Assembly: GCA_046754465.1 (NCBI GenBank)
Contig: JBHHVU010000002.1
Location: forward strand, 1-64,000
DNA length: 64,000 bases
DNA from: Nitrospinaceae bacterium
GTDB lineage: Bacteria > Nitrospinota > Nitrospinia > Nitrospinales > VA-1
Direction of reading: 5' to 3'
The position numbers and the translations under genes are program-made. Shown piece after piece: positions 10,425 through 20,125 of this stretch (its first letter is position 1; every line of letters starts with the position of its first letter). The notes under the pieces are model-generated. The model was not told where the DNA came from. It ran no database searches and worked only from the letters and a program-made list of their open reading frames with translations.

Positions 10425-10634
10425 TCACACGTTGCCCGGCAATATGAAATAATAAAAAAACAGATGTAGCTAAAGAAGCCTCGAAAACCCGGATGCGTGA
10501 CGAAATGCTTCAACCGGTGCGAAGGAGAAGGAAAAGAAAATCCCCCCGGCCCCCTTCATGGAAGAGACCTTAGCATAAGCGGGTTTTGGATTTGTTTTTT
10601 CCTTTTTTTCCGACAATAAAAATTAAAAGGGAAT

Positions 10635-10722
10635 CCCCTCATCCCAGCCTTCTCCCCATGGGAGAAGGAGCTTCTTCCTCTCCCTCTGGGAGCACCCGCG
10701 GGGTGACGGATTGAGGTGAGGG
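10635..10722. repeat. REP-like palindromic element (CCCCTCAxCCCxxCCxTCTCCC...GGGAGA type)
   Basis: Inner hairpin CCTTCTCCC-CAT-GGGAGAAGG (10648-10668) and an inverted partner CCTCTCCCTCTGGGAG...GGATTGAGGTGAGGG. Confidence 0.6.
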
Positions 10723-10927
10723 TTCCATTCAAACTGAAACACAGCACTTACGCAAAGGTCTCCTTCGCGGAAGGGGGGGCCACCCCATCCCACCTTGCCA
10801 CCACATCCATACTTTTTCACGTGTCCACAATTCCAGGGGAAGTTCAGAGAATAAAAAACCGGATTTTTATCCTGTCCATCCTGTCAAAAACAAATCCCCC
10901 GGGCCTTCTTGATGAAAGGCAAAAAGA

Positions 10928-12442
10928 TCAATTTCCTTTTTTCCAGCGCAGGGTGGGGTGGCGGGCGGCCTGGGCCTCGTCGGGACGGGACACGATGGGA
11001 TAGCGGGGGCTTTCGTGGACTCCCTTGGGATCGTCCTGCACACGTTCGGCGATCTCCTTCATCGCCTGGATGAACGGGTCGAGGGTGTCCTTGGATTCGG
11101 TTTCGGTGGGCTCGATCATCAACGCGCTCTTCACGATCAGCGGAAAATAGACGGTCGGGGGATGAAAGCCGTAGTCGATGAGCGTCTTGGCGATGTCCAT
11201 GGTGGTCACGTGGGGAAGCTGGTTTTTGTCGTTGAAGATGCATTCGTGCAGGCTGGGTCCGGGGTAGGGCAGGTGGTAGGTATCCTTCAACCGGGATTTG
11301 ATGTAATTGGAGTTGAGGACGGCCGCCTGGGCGGCTTTTTTTATGCCCTCGGGTCCGAGGGTGCGGATGTAAGCATATGCCCGGACCAGTATGCCGAAGT
11401 TTCCGTAAAAGGCTTTGACTTTCCCGATGGATTGGGGCCGGTCGAAATTGAGGGAAAATTTCTGGCCTTTTTTCCCGATGACGGGGACCGGCAGGAAGGG
11501 TTCGAGTTCGGCCCGGACGCCGACGGGTCCCGCACCGGGTCCGCCCCCGCCGTGGGGGGTGGAAAAGGTTTTGTGCAGGTTGAAGTGCACCACATCGATT
11601 CCCATTTCGCCCATTTTGGCGATCCCCATGATCGCGTTCATATTAGCCCCGTCGCAGTAAACCAGTCCCCCTTTCTTGTGGACGATATCGCTGATCTCGA
11701 GAATATGTTTTTCGAACATGCCCAGGGTGTTGGGGTTGGTCAGCATGATCGCGGCGGTGTCCTCGTCCATGAGCCTTGAAAGGTGGTCCAGGTCGATCAG
11801 TCCGTCTTTGTTTGACGGGATTTGGATGGCGGTGTATCCGCAGAGGGCGGAGCTGGCGGGGTTGGTCCCGTGGGCGGAATCGGGAAGCAGCACGGTGCGG
11901 CGCGGTTTGCCCCGGGTGGCGTGGAAGGCGTGGATCATGAGCATCCCGGTCAATTCGCCCTGGGCGCCGGCGGCGGGCTGCAGGGTGACGTGATCCATTC
12001 CGCTGATTTCCTTGAGGTATTCCTGCAATTCAAACATGAGTTGCAGGCTTCCTTGGGAAAAGGTTTCGGGCGTCAAGGGATGGTGCCGGGTGAATCCCGG
12101 CAGCCGTGCCAGGGTTTCGTTGATTTTTGGGTTGTATTTCATGGTGCAGGAGCCCAGGGGATAAAAATTGGTATCGATACTGAAATTCCACTGGGACAGA
12201 CGGGTATAGTGCCGGACCACGTCGAGTTCGCTCAATTCGGGAAAATCCACGATCGGCCCGCGGATTTCATCCGGCGGCAGGAGGGCCTCGATTTCCACTT
12301 CGGGGATGTCGCGTTTGGGAAGGGACCAGGCCCGCCTTCCCGGCGAACCCATATCGAAGATCAACGGTTCATTGAACATCAGCCCGTGAGTGGCGGTTCG
12401 CGGAGTTGGCGATTCGGAGGGGCGGCGGTTTTCTTCCTTCAT
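10928..12442 (-). CDS. gcvPB: Glycine dehydrogenase (decarboxylating) subunit 2
   Basis: PLGSCTMKYNP, AHGTNPAS and the PLP-lysine motif NLHKTFSTPHGGGGPG. Confidence 0.95.
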   Translation of the reverse strand: MKEENRRPSESPTPRTATHGLMFNEPLIFDMGSPGRRAWSLPKRDIPEVEIEALLPPDEIRGPIVDFPELSELDVVRHYTRLSQWNFSIDTNFYPLGSCTMKYNPKINETLARLPGFTRHHPLTPETFSQGSLQLMFELQEYLKEISGMDHVTLQPAAGAQGELTGMLMIHAFHATRGKPRRTVLLPDSAHGTNPASSALCGYTAIQIPSNKDGLIDLDHLSRLMDEDTAAIMLTNPNTLGMFEKHILEISDIVHKKGGLVYCDGANMNAIMGIAKMGEMGIDVVHFNLHKTFSTPHGGGGPGAGPVGVRAELEPFLPVPVIGKKGQKFSLNFDRPQSIGKVKAFYGNFGILVRAYAYIRTLGPEGIKKAAQAAVLNSNYIKSRLKDTYHLPYPGPSLHECIFNDKNQLPHVTTMDIAKTLIDYGFHPPTVYFPLIVKSALMIEPTETESKDTLDPFIQAMKEIAERVQDDPKGVHESPRYPIVSRPDEAQAARHPTLRWKKGN

Positions 12443-12511
12443 GGTCGGGGGCTCCCTGGACTGGTTTTTGTTTTGACGATTTTATTATATGATCCCATTG
12501 AAACCATAAAA

Positions 12512-13621
12512 TTATTGGAGAATTTTTGGCGCGTCCGAGGGATTGGCGGAGCGCTGTTTGGGCAGGCTCAATAACTGATTGATATTTTTGAGCACCGTTT
12601 CCGGAGGGAGGGCGGCATTGCCCCTTTCCTCGAGATTGATGTGATGCGTGTGGCAGGGGCCCCAGCGCCGGATTTCCCCGTGTTTGAAAATCACCAGGAC
12701 CGGCGTTTCCGTCGCCGAGGTCAAGTGCATGATCCCTGTATGGTTGCAGACCAGAAGATTGCTTTTGGCGATCAACCGCGCCAATTCCTTGATGGCCAAC
12801 AGGGGGACCACGAAGGGTTTGCAAGTCATCCTCCCCACGAGGGAATCGATCAGTTCCTCTTCTCCCGGGCCGCGGAGGATGAAAACCTCCGCGGTTCCCG
12901 ATTCCTGCAGGTTTTCGATGACCTTTTGAAATTTTTCGAGGCTCCATCCCCATGCGGCGATCCGTGTTCCGGGTTTGATCAGAACCAGGGGCCGATCCGG
13001 GGCTTGCCGGTTTTCCCGCAACAGGGTATCGACCATTTGGGTTTCCGCGTCATTGAAATAGATTCGGGGATGGTGGCAAAGGGTGGAGAGCCCCGCTGCG
13101 TGGAGCAGATCGAGGTTGTTTTCGATTTCGTGTCTGGGTTCCCCCGCCGTGGGCAGGGTCAGGTGATGCATCCAGGCGTTTTGCGGGTGGTGGTATCCCA
13201 CCCGGAACCGTGCCCCGGAAAGGAAAGTGAGGACCGAGGCGGTGGCGCTGAAGGTTTTGTGCAAGGTGAAGGCGAGATCGTATTCGCCCCGGAGCAGTTT
13301 GGGGATGATGTTCCAGGGCCGTGCGCGGTCCAGGGGGAGAATTTGGTCGATGAAGGGATTATCGGCCACGATTCCGGCGGCGGTCCGTTCGAGGAGGGCG
13401 GTCACCCGAGCGTCTGGCAGCGACCGCTTGACCGATTCATAAACTGGTGTGGAGAGAACGGCGTCTCCCAGCCGGTCGGGCCTCACGACCAGGACCGACC
13501 GGATTTTTTGTAAATCCGGTGGCGCGCCGCCGGGGTGGGCTCTCCCGGTGAACAGAAACCCGGGAATCCGCCACAAAGCGTATTTTATTTCTTTTTCAAT
13601 TTCGCGCGGAGATGGTGTCAT
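12512..13621 (-). CDS. Glycosyltransferase family 9 (LPS heptosyltransferase-like)
   Basis: VRPDRLGDAVLSTP N-terminus and NHTGIMHL motif. Confidence 0.85.
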   Translation of the reverse strand: MTPSPREIEKEIKYALWRIPGFLFTGRAHPGGAPPDLQKIRSVLVVRPDRLGDAVLSTPVYESVKRSLPDARVTALLERTAAGIVADNPFIDQILPLDRARPWNIIPKLLRGEYDLAFTLHKTFSATASVLTFLSGARFRVGYHHPQNAWMHHLTLPTAGEPRHEIENNLDLLHAAGLSTLCHHPRIYFNDAETQMVDTLLRENRQAPDRPLVLIKPGTRIAAWGWSLEKFQKVIENLQESGTAEVFILRGPGEEELIDSLVGRMTCKPFVVPLLAIKELARLIAKSNLLVCNHTGIMHLTSATETPVLVIFKHGEIRRWGPCHTHHINLEERGNAALPPETVLKNINQLLSLPKQRSANPSDAPKILQ

Positions 13622-13672
13622 GGTTCGAGCCCGGGAGATTTTCCCCCCTTCGGGTTGGGTTTATGAACTTCG

Positions 13673-13843
13673 TCAGTCCAGGGAATCGGCTTCGTCGATG
13701 AGCATGATGGGAATATCGTCCTTGATGGGGTATTTCAGTTTGCAAGGTTTGCAGACGAGGCCGTCTTCTTCCGGGGTCAGTTCCAGGTCGCCCTTGCATT
13801 TGGGGCAAACCAGGATATCCAGAAGTTCCTTGTCGATTGCCAT
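13673..13843 (-). CDS. Trm112/YcaR-family small protein (56 aa)
   Basis: Below the ORF-track cutoff. Hand translation: MAIDKELLDILVCPKCKGDLELTPEEDGLVCKPCKLKYPIKDDIPIMLIDEADSLD; RBS GAGGAGG. Confidence 0.9.
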   Translation of the reverse strand: MAIDKELLDILVCPKCKGDLELTPEEDGLVCKPCKLKYPIKDDIPIMLIDEADSLD

Positions 13844-13875
13844 GGAATCACCTCCTCAAAGATCAGATTTTTCGT

Positions 13876-14952
13876 TCAGGGCGCGGCTGTTTTAATGTAC
13901 CGGGACGCGCTTTTTCTGACCGCTTCGAACACGTCGTCCACCGAGACCTGTTTCATGCACTCGTTCGTATGCAGCGGGCATTTTTTTTTCCAGCAAAAGC
14001 TACAGGTGAGCACCTTGAAGACCGCCGCGTGGTTGGGGCCGTACGCGCCGTTTCGGGCGGGGTCGGTGGGCCCGAATATAGAGACCGTGGGGGTTTCAAC
14101 GGCAGCGGCCAAATGGAGTGGTCCAGAATCGCAGCTCACCATCAGGGCCAGCCGCCGGTAAAGGGCGATGGATTCCAGGAGGCTGGTCGGGGGCGCGAGC
14201 CAGGACCGTTGTTTCATTTGATCGGCGATGGATTTTACCTTTTCCTCTTCTCCGGGTCCCCACGTCAGCAAAATCGAAAACCCCAGTTCATCGGCGATGC
14301 GGTCCGCGAGGCGGGCGAACCGCGAAAGACTCCAACGCTTGCTCTCGAATCCGGCTCCCGGGTTGATGCCGATGATGGGCCGGGCGGTCAGTTCCGGTCG
14401 GGCCTGAAAGAAGGACTCCACTTGGACCTGTTCCTCGGAAGGAACCGCGAGCGGCGGCGGGGTTTCCTGGGGAGGGCCGTCCCCTTCCATCAGCACCAGG
14501 CTTCGGCAGATATCCGCCACGTGGACCCCTTTCCCGATATAAGGTCCCTTGCGGTTGGTGAAGAGGACGTTGATCTTTTCCTTGCAATTGTTTTTGTGGA
14601 GTCCGATACGCCGGGGCGCCCCCGAAAGGAGGGCGATCAAACCGCTCTTCAGCAACCCGTGAAAATCGAATACGGTGTCGAACCGACCGCCCCGTATTTT
14701 CCGGATGACGCCGAGGATTTCCTCCAGGCTTTTCAGGGTCCAGTGTTTGCGCCAATGCCGGGTGCGGGTTACGATCACTTCGTCCACATCCGGATTATTG
14801 TACAGCAGATCCCGGAACCGTTCTTCGATGACCCAGGCGATGCGGGCGCCGGGATGATTCATCCGCAGGGTGTGGAGGGCCGGCAGGGCGTGCATCACGT
14901 CGCCTATGGAACTCATTTTGATGATCAGGAATTTTCGCGCGCGGGCAGTCAT
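13876..14952 (-). CDS. waaC: Lipopolysaccharide heptosyltransferase I (GT9)
   Basis: IIKMSSIGDVMHALP, DFHGLLKS, DSGPLHLAAA, FGPTDP. Confidence 0.8.
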   Translation of the reverse strand: MTARARKFLIIKMSSIGDVMHALPALHTLRMNHPGARIAWVIEERFRDLLYNNPDVDEVIVTRTRHWRKHWTLKSLEEILGVIRKIRGGRFDTVFDFHGLLKSGLIALLSGAPRRIGLHKNNCKEKINVLFTNRKGPYIGKGVHVADICRSLVLMEGDGPPQETPPPLAVPSEEQVQVESFFQARPELTARPIIGINPGAGFESKRWSLSRFARLADRIADELGFSILLTWGPGEEEKVKSIADQMKQRSWLAPPTSLLESIALYRRLALMVSCDSGPLHLAAAVETPTVSIFGPTDPARNGAYGPNHAAVFKVLTCSFCWKKKCPLHTNECMKQVSVDDVFEAVRKSASRYIKTAAP

Positions 14953-14968
14953 GGCCGATGACGAGGTT

Positions 14969-15511
14969 TCAACCCTTCATAAATTGCAATATCTTCCGGT
15001 TCAATTTATAACCCAGCCAACCCATCACCATACCACAAACCGCTCCAGCCAGGACATCGGAGGGGTAGTGGACGCCGAGATACACCCGCGAATAGCCCAC
15101 CAGCGAGGCCAGGGTGAAAGCCAGGAACAGGGTGTTTTTGAAGCACAGGCTCATTAGAGTGGCGGCGGTGAATAGATTGCTTGCGTGGTTGGAGGGAAAC
15201 GAATAACTGTTGGAACAATTGACGATGATGTTTTTCAATTCCGGCAGCGTGTGGCAGGGGCGCGGACGGGCGAATATCTCCTTCAGTACATTATGGCTGA
15301 AAAAGTCATTCAGGCCGACAATGATGACCCCGGCCAAAAGAAAGGCCAGTCCCCGTTTCTTGTAAATGATAAGGATCAATAGAGCCAAGGCGGCCCCCAG
15401 GGAGACAAAATTCTCCTTGATAGAGATGAATTCCATGAATTTCTCTACCAGGGGGGATTGAAAATGGGAATTGATCCAGTAGAATAGCGCCAGATCCCAA
15501 TCGGAAAGGAT
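14969..15511 (-). CDS. PAP2-family phosphatase (undecaprenyl-PP or lipid A phosphatase-like)
   Basis: KEIFARPRP, SFPSNH and SRVYLGVHYPSD motifs. Start uncertain: in-frame ATC at 15511 lies 7 nt after AAGGAG, while the ORF-track start (15691) overlaps the divergent gene. Confidence 0.85.
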   Translation of the reverse strand: MLSDWDLALFYWINSHFQSPLVEKFMEFISIKENFVSLGAALALLILIIYKKRGLAFLLAGVIIVGLNDFFSHNVLKEIFARPRPCHTLPELKNIIVNCSNSYSFPSNHASNLFTAATLMSLCFKNTLFLAFTLASLVGYSRVYLGVHYPSDVLAGAVCGMVMGWLGYKLNRKILQFMKG

Positions 15512-15610
15512 GTTCGATCTCCTTGAGCTATTGAATTCAGGTGATTGGATTTTATGGGGTTTGACCGGCGGAGTCAAACCCTTTATGGTGTGTATGACGG
15601 GGTTTGAAAG

Positions 15611-16303
15611 ATGAGGGACCGATTCCATGACCAGGCCCTGGTCCTGTTCGCGAAAGATCCGGTGATCGGCCAGGTGAAAACCCGGTTGCATCCCTTTCTG
15701 GATCAGGAAACCATTTTAGAACTGTATTCCAACTTTTTGCGCGACAGCATCCGTATCCTTTTCGCGGTCGAGGGGGTGGACCGGTTCATCGGGGTTTATC
15801 CCTCCCATCTGTCGAATTTTTTTTCCCGGTGGCGGGAAGAGCCTCCGGTGACCCTTTTTGTCCAGGAGGGCAAGGACCTTGGGGAGAGGATGCGGAATAC
15901 TTTTGCCGCCCGGTTCGACGAGGGGTACCGGAAAACGGTGATCATGGGGGCGGACAGTCCTTCCCTTCCCGCCCGGTACCTGGAACAAGCCTTTCAGTCG
16001 GAAAAGGACCTGGTGATCGGACCCAGTACCGATGGGGGGTACTATTTGATTGGTATGAACCGGGAGATGGTCGAGGTTTTCCAGGGGGTGAGCTGGGGTT
16101 CCAACCAGGTGCTACGGGAAACCCTGGAAAGGGTCACGAAATCCGGGGCGAGTATTGGCCTGCTACCCGTCTGGTACGATGTGGACCGCCCGGAGAATGT
16201 TTTGTTCCTGAAAACCCATCTGGATCTGATGGAGCAGTCCGGCCTGGGAGACCCCGGCGCCACCGGTGAGTTCCTGAAAGGATTGCGGTTTCCTCAAATT
16301 TAA
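15611..16303 (+). CDS. TIGR04282/DUF2064-family glycosyltransferase
   Basis: FAKDPVIGQVKTRL, QEGKDLGERM, GADSP, GPSTDGGYYLIG, DVD. Confidence 0.85.
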   Translation: MRDRFHDQALVLFAKDPVIGQVKTRLHPFLDQETILELYSNFLRDSIRILFAVEGVDRFIGVYPSHLSNFFSRWREEPPVTLFVQEGKDLGERMRNTFAARFDEGYRKTVIMGADSPSLPARYLEQAFQSEKDLVIGPSTDGGYYLIGMNREMVEVFQGVSWGSNQVLRETLERVTKSGASIGLLPVWYDVDRPENVLFLKTHLDLMEQSGLGDPGATGEFLKGLRFPQI

Positions 16304-16357
16304 CAGGAAGGATAATGGATTTTAAATCATTTACCTCTATACCTTTATACCTTTTAT

Positions 16358-17653
16358 ATGAAAATTTATAAATACAACGAAAGTGGCTTCGATTCCATGG
16401 TGGATGCCCTGGTGGACCGGTGGGATGTGGAATTGTCCGGCAAGGACGGCATGGTGCGTCAGATCCTCCAGGATGTGAAACGGGCTGGGGATAATGCCCT
16501 GCTCGAGTACACCCATCGGTTTGACCGGAATACCTTTTCCCTGGAGGAGTTGCGGGTTCGGCCCGAGGATATCCGGGACGCTTACACCCAGGTTCGGCCG
16601 GAAGAATTGGAGGCGTTGAAAACCGCGGCCGCGAACATCCGGAAATATCACGAGAAGCAGTTGCAGGAATCCTGGGATTACCGGGAAGGGGAGGTGTTGC
16701 TTGGGCAAATCATTCGTCCCCTCGAAACGGTTGGCATTTATGTACCCGGCGGCAAAGCGTCCTATCCCTCCTCGGTTTTGATGAACGCCATTCCCGCCCG
16801 GGTCGCGGGAGTGGACCGGATAATCATGTGCAGCCCGGCTCCCGGGGGGACGGCCCGGCCCCATGTCCTGGTGGCCGCGGATTTGGCGGGGGTTACGGAA
16901 ATCTTCAAGGTGGGGGGGGCGCAGGCCGTCGCCGCGATGGCTTACGGAACCGCGGCCCTGCCCCGGGTGGACAAGATCGTGGGACCGGGCAACATCTTCG
17001 TCGCCATCGCCAAACGAATGGTTTACGGGATCGTGGATATTGATATGATTGCCGGACCCAGCGAGATCCTGATCATCGCCGACGGCAGCGCCCGCGCAGA
17101 ATTCGTCGCCGCCGACCTGCTTTCCCAGGCGGAACATGACGAACAGGCCGTGCCGATTCTGGTCACCCCTTCGGAAAACCTGGTTCAGGAAGTCGTCAAC
17201 GAGTTGGAAAAACAGAAGCAATCCTTGCCCCGAAGAGCTATTATAGAAGCCTCCCTCGAAACCCAGTGCCGGCTGCTGGTGACCGCCGGTCTCGATGAGG
17301 CGGTAGAACTGGCGAACCGGATCGCTCCGGAACACCTGGAACTGGCCGTGGAGGACGCCGAATCCTGGGTGGGGAGGATAAAGAACGCGGGGGCGATATT
17401 CCTTGGCCATTTCACACCTGAAGCCCTGGGGGATTATGTGGCGGGACCCAACCATGTTCTTCCGACCAGCGGTACGGCAAGGTTTTCCTCTCCGCTGGGG
17501 GTGTATGATTTTATCAAGCGGACGAGTCTGATTGGATTTTCTCGGGGAGAACTGGAAAAATACCGCGAATCGGTGGTCGCTTTGGCTGGCATGGAAGGCC
17601 TCGAAGCGCACGCCAACGCGGTGAAAATCCGGGTCGGCCCGGAGCCCGGATAA
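16358..17653 (+). CDS. hisD: Histidinol dehydrogenase
   Basis: YVPGG, GPGN, AGPSE, QAEHD, APEHL, GPNHVLPT. Confidence 0.96.
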   Translation: MKIYKYNESGFDSMVDALVDRWDVELSGKDGMVRQILQDVKRAGDNALLEYTHRFDRNTFSLEELRVRPEDIRDAYTQVRPEELEALKTAAANIRKYHEKQLQESWDYREGEVLLGQIIRPLETVGIYVPGGKASYPSSVLMNAIPARVAGVDRIIMCSPAPGGTARPHVLVAADLAGVTEIFKVGGAQAVAAMAYGTAALPRVDKIVGPGNIFVAIAKRMVYGIVDIDMIAGPSEILIIADGSARAEFVAADLLSQAEHDEQAVPILVTPSENLVQEVVNELEKQKQSLPRRAIIEASLETQCRLLVTAGLDEAVELANRIAPEHLELAVEDAESWVGRIKNAGAIFLGHFTPEALGDYVAGPNHVLPTSGTARFSSPLGVYDFIKRTSLIGFSRGELEKYRESVVALAGMEGLEAHANAVKIRVGPEPG

Positions 17654-17702
17654 TCGGTGCAACCGCTGGAATTTTAATAATTCAGCCGACCCGCGATTTA
17701 TC

Positions 17703-17733
17703 TTGACATGGTTTATGGGCTATGATACAAAAT
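17703..17733 (+). promoter_or_regulatory. Putative sigma70 promoter for the bd-like oxidase operon
   Basis: TTGACA 17703-17708, 17 nt spacer, TACAAA(AT) preceded by TG; about 360 nt upstream of the start. Confidence 0.45.
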
Positions 17734-18095
17734 GCAAAAATTTCCGCCCTGTGGATCATTTTTTTTGAATCCTGCAGGGAGAAGGAAAGCCGGGGATAAC
17801 GCCTTAAAAAACCTTTATTAACAAAGCAATTGAGAATCATCTCCCCCAGTCTTGGGCTGTCGGTTTCTCGCCTTGGAAAGGGAAAGGGGTTATTCCGGGG
17901 TGTTTTTGGTAAGGCATTTCCTGAGAGGTTTTTATTGATTGAAAAAGGCGCGCAGGCGTTGAATATAAAAGTCAGGGCTGTTTAGGTATTCGTTTTTTAA
18001 AGGGAATAAATAATTGGAATCGGGATTAATTATTTGACATAAGATTTCCCATATTTTTTGGAGAGTCCGAAGAGGGCTTAAAGGAGGTCAAAGCC

Positions 18096-20072
18096 ATGTT
18101 GGGGAGACAATCGATAAGGTTCAGGACAATCTCATTGGGGTTGTTATTGGCGTTTGCCATTTACCTTTTGCCTGGATTCACGAGTGAATCGTATGCCAAG
18201 GAAGCATACGCGGGCCAGGCCTTCGCGGAGGAAGCGTTCGCGAAGGAAGTGCTTGCTGAAGAAGCGGCGGCCGAGGGGGAAGGCGAACCCGAAATCGAGT
18301 GGGGCCAGGACGTCTTTTATAAGGATTGGGAAGGTAATCCCTTGAAGGGCCCCGTGAGTGGTCCTCCGGCTCCCGAATTGGGCGAGGGCGATTATAACCA
18401 TTACGAATTCGCGCCCAGCCGCATAATTTTATGGATCGCCAACCAGCAGCATCTTTATTTTGGCAGTTTTGTGCTGGCGGTTCCCATCTTTTGCATGATC
18501 ATCGAATTCATTGGTATTCGAACCCGTGAGACCGATCCCATCATGTCCGTCAAATACGATAGGCTGGCGCACGACCTCATGAAAGTCAGTTTGACGGCGT
18601 ATTCCTGGACCGCCATTCTCGGCGGTATTCTGCTTTTCACTTTCATCACATTGTTCCCCGGATTCTTCAAGTACATGGCGACCATTTTCCGTCCCGTGAT
18701 GCACGTTTATGCCCTGATGTTCCTGGCCGAGAGCGGGATTTTGTATGTGTATTATTATGGCTGGGATAAAATGGACGGGGATAAATTCCTGAAATGGATC
18801 CACGTCAGTTTGTCGGTGCTGTTGAACCTGGTGGGAACCATTTTGATGTTTCTCGCCAATTCGTGGGCGACTTTCATGCAGGCTCCCGGAGGGATCGACG
18901 AGAAAGGCCGTTTCCTGGGCAACATCTGGCACGTCATTCATTCCACCCTGTGGAATCCTGTCGGCGTCCATAGGATTCTGGGAAACATCGTTTTCGGCGG
19001 CGGCATCGTGGGCGCCTATGCGGCCTACCATTACCTGACCGCCAAGACGGAAGAAGAAAAAGCCCATTACGACTGGGTTTGTTATGTGGCGATGTTCATC
19101 GCTATTTTTGGTTTGATCCCCCTGCCGTTCGCCGGATACTGGCTGATGAAGGAGGTGTACGCCTTTCGGCAGCAGATGGGCATCACCCTGATGGGCGGCA
19201 TCATGGCTTGGCTGTTCATCATTCAGGCGGTGATGATCGGACTGCTGTTCTTCGGAGCGAATTCCTACCTGCACAACGGCATGTCCCGCGTCAAGGGGTC
19301 GCATCGTTACATGAAATATTGTAAGTACATGATATTGCTTCTGATTGTTTGTTTCACCATGTGGATGACTCCCCATACCATCGTTATGACTCCTGCCGAA
19401 CTTAAGGCGATGGGAGGGGCGCAGCACCCGGTCGTAGGCCATTTTGGAGTGATGTCCGCCAAGAACACCGCGGTGAACCTGATGATCGTAACCACGATCC
19501 TCTGTTTCATCCTTTACCAGAGAGCCAATAAGAGGATCACCGTTCCCTGGGCAACCGTAGGAAACTGTTGGATAACGGCGATCTTTATTGGCGCGGCGTG
19601 CAATATCGTTTTTCTCGGCGTCTATGGATATTTTCTCCCGGCTAACCAGCGGGTAGGCCTTTCCGTTCCACAGGTGGCAACCACGCTGACGACATTGTTC
19701 GTCGGGACGGCCATTAATATTTCCATGTTCAAGGACTCGGGATCTTACGGGGAAATTCAGTGGGGCACCCAATCGAAGGTGGGAACCTATGCCATTTTCC
19801 TGCTGGCCGTTTCGTTTACTTGGCTGATGGGGCTTATGGGATACATCCGCTCGTCGGTTAGATTATTCTGGCATGTGACCGAGGTGGTTCGCGATAACTC
19901 GGTTGACGCCTACACCCTGACCATTGGGGAAGCGGGTAAAATTCTTACATTCAACACGTTGTTTGTTTGGACGCAGTTTGTTGTCGTGTTCTGGATTGCC
20001 AGTTTGACCAGTAAAAAACAGGAGGTTAAAGCTCCGGAAGGTGTGCCCGTTCCGGCCCAGCAACAACAGTGA
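18096..20072 (+). CDS. Cytochrome bd-like oxidase subunit I (CydA-like, nitrite-oxidiser type)
   Basis: QQHLYFG (H19-equivalent), MFLAESG, ANSWATFMQAPGG, VHRILGN (H186-equivalent), GYIRSSVRLFWHV in place of GRQPW; multi-TM; RBS AAGGAGG; no long Q-loop and no cydB downstream. Confidence 0.85.
   Translation: MLGRQSIRFRTISLGLLLAFAIYLLPGFTSESYAKEAYAGQAFAEEAFAKEVLAEEAAAEGEGEPEIEWGQDVFYKDWEGNPLKGPVSGPPAPELGEGDYNHYEFAPSRIILWIANQQHLYFGSFVLAVPIFCMIIEFIGIRTRETDPIMSVKYDRLAHDLMKVSLTAYSWTAILGGILLFTFITLFPGFFKYMATIFRPVMHVYALMFLAESGILYVYYYGWDKMDGDKFLKWIHVSLSVLLNLVGTILMFLANSWATFMQAPGGIDEKGRFLGNIWHVIHSTLWNPVGVHRILGNIVFGGGIVGAYAAYHYLTAKTEEEKAHYDWVCYVAMFIAIFGLIPLPFAGYWLMKEVYAFRQQMGITLMGGIMAWLFIIQAVMIGLLFFGANSYLHNGMSRVKGSHRYMKYCKYMILLLIVCFTMWMTPHTIVMTPAELKAMGGAQHPVVGHFGVMSAKNTAVNLMIVTTILCFILYQRANKRITVPWATVGNCWITAIFIGAACNIVFLGVYGYFLPANQRVGLSVPQVATTLTTLFVGTAINISMFKDSGSYGEIQWGTQSKVGTYAIFLLAVSFTWLMGLMGYIRSSVRLFWHVTEVVRDNSVDAYTLTIGEAGKILTFNTLFVWTQFVVVFWIASLTSKKQEVKAPEGVPVPAQQQQ
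18186..18275 (+). repeat. Six imperfect 15-nt (5 aa) tandem repeats in the oxidase N-terminus
   Basis: ESYAK EAYAG QAFAE EAFAK EVLAE EAAAE. Confidence 0.7.
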
Positions 20073-20125
20073 TCCACAACTAATGATTAATGTTTAATCC
20101 GAGGGTTTGAGGAGAGGAGTGAGGG

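Noticed and set aside
15611..16303. Arsenosugar or selenosugar biosynthesis cluster
   Set aside because: Only the lone DUF2064-type gene is present, with no radical SAM, partner glycosyltransferase, methyltransferase or selD nearby.
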